64,000 nt of DNA, taken from positions 96,001 to 160,000 of the IMG/VR virus record IMGVR_UViG_3300015214_000001; one strand, written 5' to 3'. Under the pieces are notes generated by a model. It was not told where the DNA came from. It worked only from the letters and a program-made list of their open reading frames with translations, and searched no databases. Position numbers and translations under genes: made by a program. Position 1 is the first letter of the stretch, and the number at the start of each line of letters is the position of its first letter. Positions 1 through 9,133 of the stretch are shown piece after piece. Source of the DNA: a virus. Lineage: Duplodnaviria > Caudoviricetes.

Positions 1-2
1 AC

Positions 3-140
3 TATGGGCATGAACAATGGTTACAAAATGAGATCAAACGAATCTTAGGTTCGCAAATCAATATTGTTGGGATAACCGATGTTCAAGTGACAGAAGAAAA
101 TTCATCTACTTTAGAGATTTGGGTGTACTTCAATACATAA
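3..140 (+). CDS. 3' end of a hypothetical protein truncated by the window start
   Basis: Frame open from position 3 (YGHEQWLQNEIKRILG...WVYFNT) to TAA at 138-140. Confidence 0.5.
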   Translation, partial: YGHEQWLQNEIKRILGSQINIVGITDVQVTEENSSTLEIWVYFNT

Positions 141-254
141 CCCATATTGGCTGTTGCAATCCCGTATTAGGGTTGCTATACTGATGATATAAAAATACTA
201 AAACGACACCGCTATTTAATAGTGCTTGTCGTTTTTTCGTAGAAAGGAAAATTA

Positions 255-3200
255 ATGTGTAAATCATGTGGAAACCCTAGTCATATATCAGATGATGACT
301 ATGTTCACTTGCATGTTCATTCTGGCTACTCACTATTAGATGGACATGCGGACTTTGATGTAATGATGAAACATATCAAAGATATTGGTCAAAGCGCAAT
401 ATCTTTGACCGATCATGGTAGTATGTATGGAGTTATGGACTTCATTAAGGCAGCAAATAAATATAGTATAAAACCAATTATTGGAATGGAGGGGTATCTT
501 GCATTAGCATCTGCTCAACGGCAGGATAAAGAGCTTGATAGAAAATCTTATCACCTGTTGATGTTGGCCCAGAACTATACAGGTTATCAAAACCTGATGA
601 AACTAACAACAAAGGCATGGAATGAGGGGTTCTACCATCGGCCTCGCAATGATAAAGAACAACTTCTAACCCACAGCGATGGGTTAATTGTGTCATCTGG
701 GTGCTTAGGTGCTGAGTTGCCTAGTATGATCTTGCGTGGTGCTACTGACCAAGAGTTATCTAATACGCTGAATTGGTGGAAAGAAGCCTTCCCTAACCGT
801 TTTTATTTGGAGCTACAGAGGCGACTGACTAGCGTAGATCAACATCAAGTAAACAAGAAGATGGTTGAATTGAGCAAAATCCACAATGTGCCTCTCATTG
901 CTACTACAGATGCACATTATGTTATGCAAGGTGATGCTGGAATTCATGACTTGAAACTCTGCATTCAAACTGGTGCATATCAGTCAGATGAGAAGCGAAT
1001 GAAGTTCGATGAGGATACCTATTATCTGACTGAAACAGCTTTGATGACAGAATATTTCAAAGAAGTGCCATCAGCTATTATCAATACGCGGATGATTGCC
1101 GATATGTGTAACGTTGAGATGCCACACGAAGGCTATCATTTGCCTATTTATCCTGTTCCAAATGGATATAACGCAGAGACTTTTTTAAGAATGCTGTGTA
1201 ACATCGGGGTTTCTTGGCGTTATGGTTCACAAGCTAACGAAGAAGAAGTTCAGAAGCGCTTAAACTACGAGTTAGACATCATCAATAGGATGAATTTTAA
1301 CGCATATTTCTTGCTTGTGTGGGATTTGTGTGAATACGCGCGGGATGCCGATATTTGGTGGAATGTGCGGGGCAGTGGTGCAGGTAGTTTGGTAGCTTAC
1401 GCTTTAGGCATCACGGGGATTGACCCATTGGCACACGGTCTTTATTTTGAACGTTTCTTAAACCCTGATCGTATTAGTATGCCTGACATTGATCTTGATT
1501 TTCCTGATAATCGGCGGGATGAGTTGGTCAAGTATCTTGTGCTAAAGTACGGGGATGATCGTGTCGCTGGTATTATTACTTTTGGAACGATGGGTGCGCG
1601 TGCAGCAGTTAAGGATGTTGGTCGTGCGCTTCATGCAAACAAGGGTATCGTAGACCGTTTCGCTGCCTTGATGCCTAAAAATGCAACTATCGCAGAAGCC
1701 TTGCAAGAGGATCGCATTATCGAATATATGAAACAACACCCTGAATTATATGATGTTGTCAACAATGCCAGTGAAATAGAAGGATCGCCAAGACATACGT
1801 CTGTTCACGCTGCGGGATTTGTGGTTACTCCTAAAGCTATGGATGAATATATACCGATGACAAAATTAACTAAAGGGCAGTTTGTATCTGCTGGTCTTAA
1901 GTTAGTTACTCAGTTCCCTATGGCATGGATAGATGAGATGCGGCTGTTAAAAATTGATCTGTTAGGCTTATCAACTTTATCAGCAATGAGTGAAGCATGT
2001 CGTGTAATTGCTGAACGACATGGAGAAGAACTCAACATCGACAATATCCCATATAAGCATACTGGTGACAAAGATGCAGATGCTCGGCTTGATGAGGCTT
2101 TCGCATTATTAGGTCGGGGTGAAACTGCTGGCGTTTTCCAAGTAGAAAATAGTGGATTAACCCAAATGATGAGGTTGTTAAAACCTAAATTATTTGACCA
2201 TATTGTTGCTATGATTAGTCTTTATCGACCTGGCCCAATGGGCGTAGATGCTCACAACACATATGTAAGGCGGCTACATGGTGAAGAAGAAACAAGTTAT
2301 TTGCATGAGAAGTTAGAACCTATCTTATCAGAAACTTATGGATTGATTGTTTATCAAGAACAGATCATGCGTATCGCAAGTGAGTTGTTTGGTTATACGC
2401 CTGGTGAGGCTGACCAAATCCGCAAGGCTGTTAGTAAAAAGAAACTTGCTGACATGGAGAAGCATGAGCAAACATTTTTAAAAAATGGCCCACTAAACGG
2501 AATACCAGAAGAAACAGCTAGGCTTATTTGGGCTGAAATCGCATACTTCGCCAATTACGGGTTTAATAAAGCACATGCGTCAGACTATGCTAAAATCTGT
2601 ATGCAAACTGCGTTTTTAAAAGCTCAATATCCTGTTGAATATATGTATGCCTTGATGACATCCTATTCTGATAAACCTGATAAGTTAGCAAAATTATCAG
2701 CATCTTGCCAAGAAATGGGATTAGTGGTCTTATCGCCATCAGTGAATGAATCTCATGACAACTTTACGATCATATCAACTGTTGATAGTGGCGGCAATAA
2801 AGTAGAGGGTGTTCAATTTGGATTTACCCAAGTTAAAGGGTGCGGTTCGAGCCAGTCAGCTATCATTTTAGAAGCACGAAATGAAAAAATATTCAACTCT
2901 TTTGCTGATTTCATGGAACGGGTGAATATTCGTAGCATTAACCGTAATTCAATGGAAGCATGGATTAAGGTTGGGGTTTTCGATGTTTTTGGCGATAGAG
3001 ATGAATTGCTTAACGCCTTAGATAAAATAAGAGACTATTCTGCTTCAACATGGAAGTCAATTGGGCATGTCAAGCAAACGGGACAGATGAGCTTATTTGG
3101 AGAGGAATCAGTTCAACCAATCTTGCTAAGTCAATTTGTTGATAAGCGCGTAGAGCGCTCAACTGATAGGGAACGATTAGAGTGGGAAAAAGAGTTATTA

Positions 3201-3584
3201 GGGATGTACATTACAGCACGCCCTACAGATCGTTATCGTCAACAGTTTGCAAGACGTGGTGCATTCGAGATCGCAGAGATCATAGGAGAAGAACAGGGCT
3301 ATAGCGAGTATGAAGGAACTAAAGTCACCATTGCAGGTGAAATAAAAAAACTGCGTGTAGTTACTGATAGAAAGGGAAGGAAGATGGCATTTCTATCAGT
3401 CGAAGATTTCCATAGCTCACAAAAGACTATAGATATAACTGTATTTAGCAGTTTATATGAAAAACTAGACAAATTAGTCACAGAAAACAGCATCATATTG
3501 ACATCAGGTAAGGTTGATTCATCTCGAGGATCAATTAATATACTAGCTGATAACATTATTTTAGCTGATGATTTAGAGAATTAA
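255..3584 (+). CDS. dnaE: DNA polymerase III alpha subunit (family C)
   Basis: PHP motif HLHVHSGYSLLDG, RGSGAGS, catalytic MPDIDLDF, KIDLLGL, YGFNKAH, C-terminal OB fold; no intein visible. Confidence 0.97.
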   Translation: MCKSCGNPSHISDDDYVHLHVHSGYSLLDGHADFDVMMKHIKDIGQSAISLTDHGSMYGVMDFIKAANKYSIKPIIGMEGYLALASAQRQDKELDRKSYHLLMLAQNYTGYQNLMKLTTKAWNEGFYHRPRNDKEQLLTHSDGLIVSSGCLGAELPSMILRGATDQELSNTLNWWKEAFPNRFYLELQRRLTSVDQHQVNKKMVELSKIHNVPLIATTDAHYVMQGDAGIHDLKLCIQTGAYQSDEKRMKFDEDTYYLTETALMTEYFKEVPSAIINTRMIADMCNVEMPHEGYHLPIYPVPNGYNAETFLRMLCNIGVSWRYGSQANEEEVQKRLNYELDIINRMNFNAYFLLVWDLCEYARDADIWWNVRGSGAGSLVAYALGITGIDPLAHGLYFERFLNPDRISMPDIDLDFPDNRRDELVKYLVLKYGDDRVAGIITFGTMGARAAVKDVGRALHANKGIVDRFAALMPKNATIAEALQEDRIIEYMKQHPELYDVVNNASEIEGSPRHTSVHAAGFVVTPKAMDEYIPMTKLTKGQFVSAGLKLVTQFPMAWIDEMRLLKIDLLGLSTLSAMSEACRVIAERHGEELNIDNIPYKHTGDKDADARLDEAFALLGRGETAGVFQVENSGLTQMMRLLKPKLFDHIVAMISLYRPGPMGVDAHNTYVRRLHGEEETSYLHEKLEPILSETYGLIVYQEQIMRIASELFGYTPGEADQIRKAVSKKKLADMEKHEQTFLKNGPLNGIPEETARLIWAEIAYFANYGFNKAHASDYAKICMQTAFLKAQYPVEYMYALMTSYSDKPDKLAKLSASCQEMGLVVLSPSVNESHDNFTIISTVDSGGNKVEGVQFGFTQVKGCGSSQSAIILEARNEKIFNSFADFMERVNIRSINRNSMEAWIKVGVFDVFGDRDELLNALDKIRDYSASTWKSIGHVKQTGQMSLFGEESVQPILLSQFVDKRVERSTDRERLEWEKELLGMYITARPTDRYRQQFARRGAFEIAEIIGEEQGYSEYEGTKVTIAGEIKKLRVVTDRKGRKMAFLSVEDFHSSQKTIDITVFSSLYEKLDKLVTENSIILTSGKVDSSRGSINILADNIILADDLEN

Positions 3585-3630
3585 TTGTCTAGGCTAAATT
3601 GAAATAATATTTACGGGAAGGTATAATGAA

Positions 3631-4575
3631 ATGACAAGCAAAACATTTGAGGTTTCTGCATCGGATGGCAGTGGTTCATATATTGTCGTGTATGGCCTCA
3701 ATCAGTATAATCAAGGCTCTGGACATAACAATGAATTAGATTGGAGTTGCACTTGCCAATCATGGAAAATGCGCCACAAGAAACATGGCGGTTACTGTAA
3801 ACATATTCAATCCATTATAGAGAGAGAAAATGCTATGCCTAATGATAATAACAATGCTAGACCAGAGATATTTTACCCAGTTCTTGGTGGTGACTGGACA
3901 CTTTTACGATTAGCAATGATGCAGATAGCTACATATGGCAAACACATTGATGCAATTGACCGTTCTTTAACAATTATGCGAAATATTATGAAACCAATAA
4001 ATCCTTATATTTTGCCAGATATTCCTATGGTGAAATATGAAGGGCATGATGTGATTGAAAATTATGGCGACATCGTGATTAAAGGGGTATATAAGCGAGA
4101 AACTACCCATCGTTCATCTGGCGCGTTATCTCCTGGCGAATACACTACATGGTTATACTACCAACGTATTCGAGATAGTGACACAGAGGAATTATGTAAT
4201 GATCTAGGCATTGATCCCAATGGTAACTTTTTATTGAGTGACGCATGGGCTAATCCTGAAATTTGTTGTAAAACTTGCGATCAACCTATGACGCTGTTAT
4301 ATAACATTCATAAAGAGGGCAATGCTTATGTCTGCACTAACAAAGATTGCTTGGATAGTGTCAATTATAGACAAATGCCTAAACCTCAACCTATTATTGA
4401 GGAAAATAGCATTTCTGAACCAGAAGAAACCCCGCGCTATGAAGAAAACATTGATGAGCCACCATATCATGCTGATGAAGAAGATTATATGCCACCATCG
4501 CCACCATCTATTCCGCAACAAAGTCAGCGGAGATCGCCTCCACCTCCACCTCTGAACAGAAAGCAGACACAATAA
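3631..4575 (+). CDS. SWIM zinc-finger protein with a second Zn ribbon and Pro/acidic tail
   Basis: CTC...CKH (SWIM pattern); CKTC...CTNKDC. Confidence 0.7.
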   Translation: MTSKTFEVSASDGSGSYIVVYGLNQYNQGSGHNNELDWSCTCQSWKMRHKKHGGYCKHIQSIIERENAMPNDNNNARPEIFYPVLGGDWTLLRLAMMQIATYGKHIDAIDRSLTIMRNIMKPINPYILPDIPMVKYEGHDVIENYGDIVIKGVYKRETTHRSSGALSPGEYTTWLYYQRIRDSDTEELCNDLGIDPNGNFLLSDAWANPEICCKTCDQPMTLLYNIHKEGNAYVCTNKDCLDSVNYRQMPKPQPIIEENSISEPEETPRYEENIDEPPYHADEEDYMPPSPPSIPQQSQRRSPPPPPLNRKQTQ

Positions 4576-4997
4576 TGAGTGAATATAAGACCGTGAAGCA
4601 AAGTGGCATTGATTATTTGATTGCCAAATTGAACAACAATCGCTATAAACTATATGTTCGTGTTGACCAGTCGGGTGCTGATCGAAATGCTGAGAGAGAC
4701 AAAGATAATAATTGGTCTTTCTCTGGTGGGATTAGAGAGTTTGTCGGCATTGATGGCGCATGGCGCTTATTTATTGTGACATATAAAAACACAGGCATTG
4801 CGAATTCATATGCTCAATGTCTAAGTGTGTTTGATGGGAATGAGCATATGAATAAGAGGGATGATGAAGAATGGCGTTTTATACATGAGCAACTGCAACT
4901 TGAACAAGATAGGGTTGTTCAAAAGCTAATCCAAAGCGCATATCCATCTATCGAGAATGTTAAAACAGATAATGGCATTGTCTATTATGTCTGTTGA
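4575..4997 (+). CDS. hypothetical protein
   Basis: 140-aa ORF coupled to the upstream gene (TAATG overlap). Confidence 0.7.
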   Translation: MSEYKTVKQSGIDYLIAKLNNNRYKLYVRVDQSGADRNAERDKDNNWSFSGGIREFVGIDGAWRLFIVTYKNTGIANSYAQCLSVFDGNEHMNKRDDEEWRFIHEQLQLEQDRVVQKLIQSAYPSIENVKTDNGIVYYVC

Positions 4998-5000
4998 TTA

Positions 5001-5022
5001 AAAACGTGGAGTTCCACGTTTT
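5001..5022. promoter_or_regulatory. 22-bp palindrome AAAACGTGGAGTTCCACGTTTT (copy 1), putative operator
   Basis: Recurs at 14221, 30402, 30886, 50585; here just upstream of TTGTTC-N17-TAATAT. Confidence 0.7.
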
Positions 5023-5098
5023 CGTGAACGCTTGTTCTGACGTGATAGTTGTGGTAATATGAAAAACATCACAGCTATCACGAACTAGGAACGCAGGA

Positions 5099-6454
5099 AT
5101 GAGTAAAAATAACATTAATAATATAGATATTGAAGAACTGAGTAGACTACACGTTAATCGCGGTGGGCAACTTACTTGGCATCAAATAGCCGAATACTAC
5201 CAATTGCTACCAGAGTGTAATGGCGAAATGTTAAGAAAGCGCGTTCAACGTTATGAGAAAAACCTTCAACCACATGGCGAAGATACTGACTATAGCTCAA
5301 AAAGGCGAATGAACTATCGTGGGATAGAGAGTGAAGATGTTATTATTGCCCGTGAAAACAATGATACCCAAGCATATTACTACCGCGAACCTGATGAACC
5401 CCCTTACAAAAAAAAGCAAAGCGTGACTTATGAGGGCGGTTTGCCATATACAGTCGATCAACCAGTGCATGATAATTCGCAATATTCCCCCGCAATTGAT
5501 ATTCCACGCGAAGCAGCTGCATATATCCAGTTACTTGAGCGTGAAAACTTAAGACTACGCAATAAAAAAGCCTATGATGAAGAAATGCTTTATGAGCCAT
5601 ATCCAGAACACCTTGATGATACGGATGTATGGGAAGCGTTTCAAGAACAAGCAACTAGCAAATCAGAATCATCATTTATGTTTTGGAGTGATCTGCACCT
5701 TCCTGATGAAGATGCACAGGCGATAGACTTAGCACTAAAATTGCTGACTATTACAAAGCCTGATGCGCTAATATTTGGCGGTGATGTTTTCGATTTCGAT
5801 TCGTTAGGCGCTTATGCTAAACAGCGTCGGCGTAAAACAAAAGACGCTTTAAAAGAAGTTAAAGATCGCTGGTGGCGATTACAAGATGCTATTGACCGTG
5901 CTAATCCTAATATTGCTAGGGTAATGTTTAGAGGCAATCATGAGGATCGGCTTGATCGTAATTCAGTAGCTATTAACAACCCTTTCCCAGATACGATGGA
6001 TGAAGCATTTGTTGAAATGGTGCGTGCTGATGATAGGGTTTGGTGGCTAGGAGATAAGCAAGAGACCCACTTCGGCAGGGTATTTATGCAACATGGGAAG
6101 CGCGTCGGCCCAAATGCTGCTGCAAATGCCAGTAAGGACTTCAATGGTAACGCCTCAGCGTTGATGCAAGGTCATAATCATCACTACGGCATGATTGTTA
6201 AACGATCTAATAGGGTAGATGATTTTTCAGATTATGAAATGCAGGCAAGCGTTTCAATCGGCGCTTTATGTAATATCCCTGCTCACTACATAAGAGATAC
6301 CAGAATGTCAACATGGACACAAGGTATTGGCTATGGACATAATGTTGATGGTAGAACCAATATTCAAAATATCTGTTTCCATCGTTCTGCTAAAAAGTTT
6401 TTGTGGACTGGATTTGGAAAAGATATTGTCAAAAGCTACACAAGACATATCTAA
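5099..6454 (+). CDS. calcineurin-like metallophosphoesterase with N-terminal HTH-like region
   Basis: SDLH, GGDVFD, GNHE, QHG, GHNH motifs. Confidence 0.85.
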   Translation: MSKNNINNIDIEELSRLHVNRGGQLTWHQIAEYYQLLPECNGEMLRKRVQRYEKNLQPHGEDTDYSSKRRMNYRGIESEDVIIARENNDTQAYYYREPDEPPYKKKQSVTYEGGLPYTVDQPVHDNSQYSPAIDIPREAAAYIQLLERENLRLRNKKAYDEEMLYEPYPEHLDDTDVWEAFQEQATSKSESSFMFWSDLHLPDEDAQAIDLALKLLTITKPDALIFGGDVFDFDSLGAYAKQRRRKTKDALKEVKDRWWRLQDAIDRANPNIARVMFRGNHEDRLDRNSVAINNPFPDTMDEAFVEMVRADDRVWWLGDKQETHFGRVFMQHGKRVGPNAAANASKDFNGNASALMQGHNHHYGMIVKRSNRVDDFSDYEMQASVSIGALCNIPAHYIRDTRMSTWTQGIGYGHNVDGRTNIQNICFHRSAKKFLWTGFGKDIVKSYTRHI

Positions 6455-6548
6455 TGCCTGAAAACCTTAATCATATCTTAACTTGTATTGTTGCGTGATA
6501 TGGAATATATTTAAATCATACTAACAACAATATATAAGGAGGAAAGAT

Positions 6549-6875
6549 ATGGCAACACAAGAACAAATTGAAGAATGGCGCGAAGAAAACAAAGACACCT
6601 TGCTTATCGTGGCGCTGAAATTCGCGTTTGGCGAAGCGCCCGACAATATTTTTGATGAGGAATTAACCGATGAAGAATTAGACGCGGCACTAGATGTCGT
6701 GTTTTCCCGCACTTCATCAATCCTTGATAACCCTCGCATGGACGAGGTAATTGCTCGTTTTGTTGATGAGCATCCAGAATTGGATAATGCCATCGGCGAA
6801 GGCATTGATGCGACTGCCCCAACAGATGATGATTGTGGATGGGAAGGGAGCAACGATGGCGAAGAAGTCCTCTAA
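6549..6875 (+). CDS. small highly acidic protein
   Basis: AAGGAGG SD; about 32 D/E vs 6 K/R in 108 aa. Confidence 0.75.
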   Translation: MATQEQIEEWREENKDTLLIVALKFAFGEAPDNIFDEELTDEELDAALDVVFSRTSSILDNPRMDEVIARFVDEHPELDNAIGEGIDATAPTDDDCGWEGSNDGEEVL

Positions 6876-6948
6876 TCCTCAGCAAGACAAAAAGAAAAAA
6901 GAACAGATTGAGCGCATTATCCGTGCGCTTCAAGAAAAAGGCAAGTAG
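6856..6948 (+). CDS. 30-aa basic peptide MAKKSSNPQQDKKKKEQIERIIRALQEKGK
   Basis: GGGAG SD before ATG 6856; terminator-like hairpin follows. Confidence 0.45.
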   Translation: MAKKSSNPQQDKKKKEQIERIIRALQEKGK

Positions 6949-7018
6949 GGAAGGGGGCTAATAGCCCTCTTTTTATATGCTATAATGCCTTTATGAACTT
7001 AATTGAAGGTATTGCTCT

Positions 7019-8296
7019 ATGACAATAATTGGCAATCTAAAAATCCCCTCTCTATATGCTGCAAGAAATTACCAGCCATTTAAAACTGCGATTGACGTTA
7101 ATCATGACGCATCATCGTTACATAAAAACGTTGAGCGTTTAATAGATTCTCGAAATAAGTTCCTAAAAGAGTTAATTTCAAATAACTTAGAGCTGATAGA
7201 AGCAGGACAGTCTATAAATAGCGATTATGAATTCTCTATTTCCGTTGCATATGATTACTCTCTCTATGTGGGGAAATCAAGCATGGATGCTTCAATTGAG
7301 CCACTGTTAAGCATATTATCACCATCATTTGAAATTCATGTTAAAGTTACCATATCACCTAATGATAAAAAGATTGTTCCACAAGCATATCAACATTTAG
7401 TAGAAGAAGAATATGTATATAAGGGCGCTGAACACTTCCCATATATTTATGGTGTTGTGAAAAGCGGGGCTTCTACTGAAAATTCCGACTTGCAATTAGA
7501 ATTGCCCGACGATAATATTGCAAAAATTATTAATGATGTGATTTACTGCTTGCATGATCGCTATGATAATCGCTTGCAGTTGGAGCATTATATGATTCAA
7601 GGTAGATTACTTCATAACAGTGAAAATGTACCACCACCTACCCCTTTTATAGGCACGCTGGACTTAATTTCGCTTGAGGCTGTTCGGAACTATCATTATC
7701 GAAACTGGCATGAATTAAATGATATGTCTTTTGAAACACCACTTGAGCAGTCTGTATTAAACTTGTCATCAGCGATTGCTCGCATCCATAATGCCAATCT
7801 TGAAAATGGTGTCAAACATTATAGTTATCAATTTGCTATACGAGTGCCATATGATTACCGCCATTTCATTGGTAAAACGGCTCATGATTACACATATCAA
7901 CAGATTGATAATGCTGATGAGTACATAGAAGAATTACGCTTTACTGTTCATGTTAAAATCTATTCAGACCTATCAATAGATGAATATCTAGTTGCTGACA
8001 ATCAAAATGTTTACACCAACAGCATTAGTATTTGGGGTGATTTGTCGCCAGATGGATATTATCTATCATCAGCAATCTTGTTAGATTGCCTTATTTATGT
8101 CTTTAGTGATTATTATCGGCCAGATGTTGAATATGTCTATAACGCTTTACAACAGATAGACCAAGATGCCTTATCATATTATGGTTTACCATCGCCGCTT
8201 ACTGGCGAATCGAAAGAGGCTATATATTCCATTCCAAATAATTACGAAGGTGGTCTGAATAAATTGCGTTTAATATATAAGGAAGGGATAAAATGA
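7019..8296 (+). CDS. hypothetical protein with an internal two-domain duplication
   Basis: ARNY..YEFSISVAYDYSLYVGK..IHVKV is echoed by VRNY..YQFAIRVPYDYRHFIGK..VHVKI. Confidence 0.75.
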   Translation: MTIIGNLKIPSLYAARNYQPFKTAIDVNHDASSLHKNVERLIDSRNKFLKELISNNLELIEAGQSINSDYEFSISVAYDYSLYVGKSSMDASIEPLLSILSPSFEIHVKVTISPNDKKIVPQAYQHLVEEEYVYKGAEHFPYIYGVVKSGASTENSDLQLELPDDNIAKIINDVIYCLHDRYDNRLQLEHYMIQGRLLHNSENVPPPTPFIGTLDLISLEAVRNYHYRNWHELNDMSFETPLEQSVLNLSSAIARIHNANLENGVKHYSYQFAIRVPYDYRHFIGKTAHDYTYQQIDNADEYIEELRFTVHVKIYSDLSIDEYLVADNQNVYTNSISIWGDLSPDGYYLSSAILLDCLIYVFSDYYRPDVEYVYNALQQIDQDALSYYGLPSPLTGESKEAIYSIPNNYEGGLNKLRLIYKEGIK

Positions 8297-8544
8297 TTTT
8301 AGTTGTCTATGGAAACAATACTTGCCATCAGGTAGCATCAACCCGACGCATATTAGGAGCTTTAAAAGTTTCATATCAGTATGTTGATATAAATGATAGT
8401 GAGGAAGGCAAGAAAATAGTATCTCACATCAACAATGGTAATTTATCAGTGCCACTAATCCAGTTTCCAAGCGGCGATGTATTGGTTGAACCTACCCCTA
8501 CAGCACTAACTCGAAAATTACGTGACGAGCATTTGATTCGATAG
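8293..8544 (+). CDS. glutaredoxin/NrdH/mycoredoxin-like protein with a single active-site Cys
   Basis: VYG...CHQV, YVDI, NNGNLSVP, LVEP; thioredoxin-fold signature. Confidence 0.8.
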   Translation: MILVVYGNNTCHQVASTRRILGALKVSYQYVDINDSEEGKKIVSHINNGNLSVPLIQFPSGDVLVEPTPTALTRKLRDEHLIR

Positions 8545-8574
8545 GAAGTGTGTGATATAATCTTTAGATGTAAG

Positions 8575-8648
8575 GCTCTTTTAGCTCAGATGGATAGAGC
8601 GCCATCCTACGAAGTTGGAAGTCACAGGTTCGAGTCCTGTAAAGAGCT
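8575..8648 (+). tRNA. tRNA-Arg(ACG), 3' CCA not encoded
   Basis: Acceptor GCTCTTT/AAAGAGC, D arm GCTC/GAGC, anticodon loop CTACGAA, T arm ACAGG-TTCGAGT-CCTGT; upstream TGnTATAAT, downstream terminator-like hairpin at about 8656-8697. Confidence 0.93.
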
Positions 8649-8718
8649 ACTACTAAGGCAAGAATAAACCTTATCTGGTGAGTGCTTGCCTTTTTTGTTG
8701 GATTAGAAAAGGTTAGAT

Positions 8719-9057
8719 ATGGGAAATTTCAATCTGTGGGAATTAAGTCATATCCAAGTTTCAACTTATTATGATCGACCCGTTTTATACACGGCAAAAA
8801 ACAAAGGAATATATTACCTTTGCTTGCTGTGGAATGAAGATATTATTGAGGGAAAACGAGAAGATACCTTTCTTGTTGTGCCTATGAGCCAACTTCGCTT
8901 GTTTGATGTTCACGATAATAACATCTCCTTAAGGGATGCTATTTTAAAACCAGAAAAAGGGATATTATATCTTGTCACTGGCGATAAAGTTATTGAATGT
9001 ACACCATCAGAGTTAAATGACAACGATCTGCCAGATGCAGATCAATTCTTTATTTAA
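8719..9057 (+). CDS. hypothetical protein (resembles DUF6575)
   Basis: YYDRPVLY...YYLCL...LP pattern, recalled not searched. Confidence 0.5.
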   Translation: MGNFNLWELSHIQVSTYYDRPVLYTAKNKGIYYLCLLWNEDIIEGKREDTFLVVPMSQLRLFDVHDNNISLRDAILKPEKGILYLVTGDKVIECTPSELNDNDLPDADQFFI

Positions 9058-9133
9058 CTATAAAATTCCCCTTGCTATTTGTACATAACTGCTCTATGCT
9101 AATATTGCACCCAAAAATAGAAGTGGAGCAGCT

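Noticed and set aside
255-3584. Intein or intron in dnaE
   Set aside because: Normal length, continuous motifs, no splice-junction residues seen
8575-8648. tRNA as an attachment site or prophage boundary
   Set aside because: No duplicated tRNA 3' end found in the window, and phage-like genes continue on both sides
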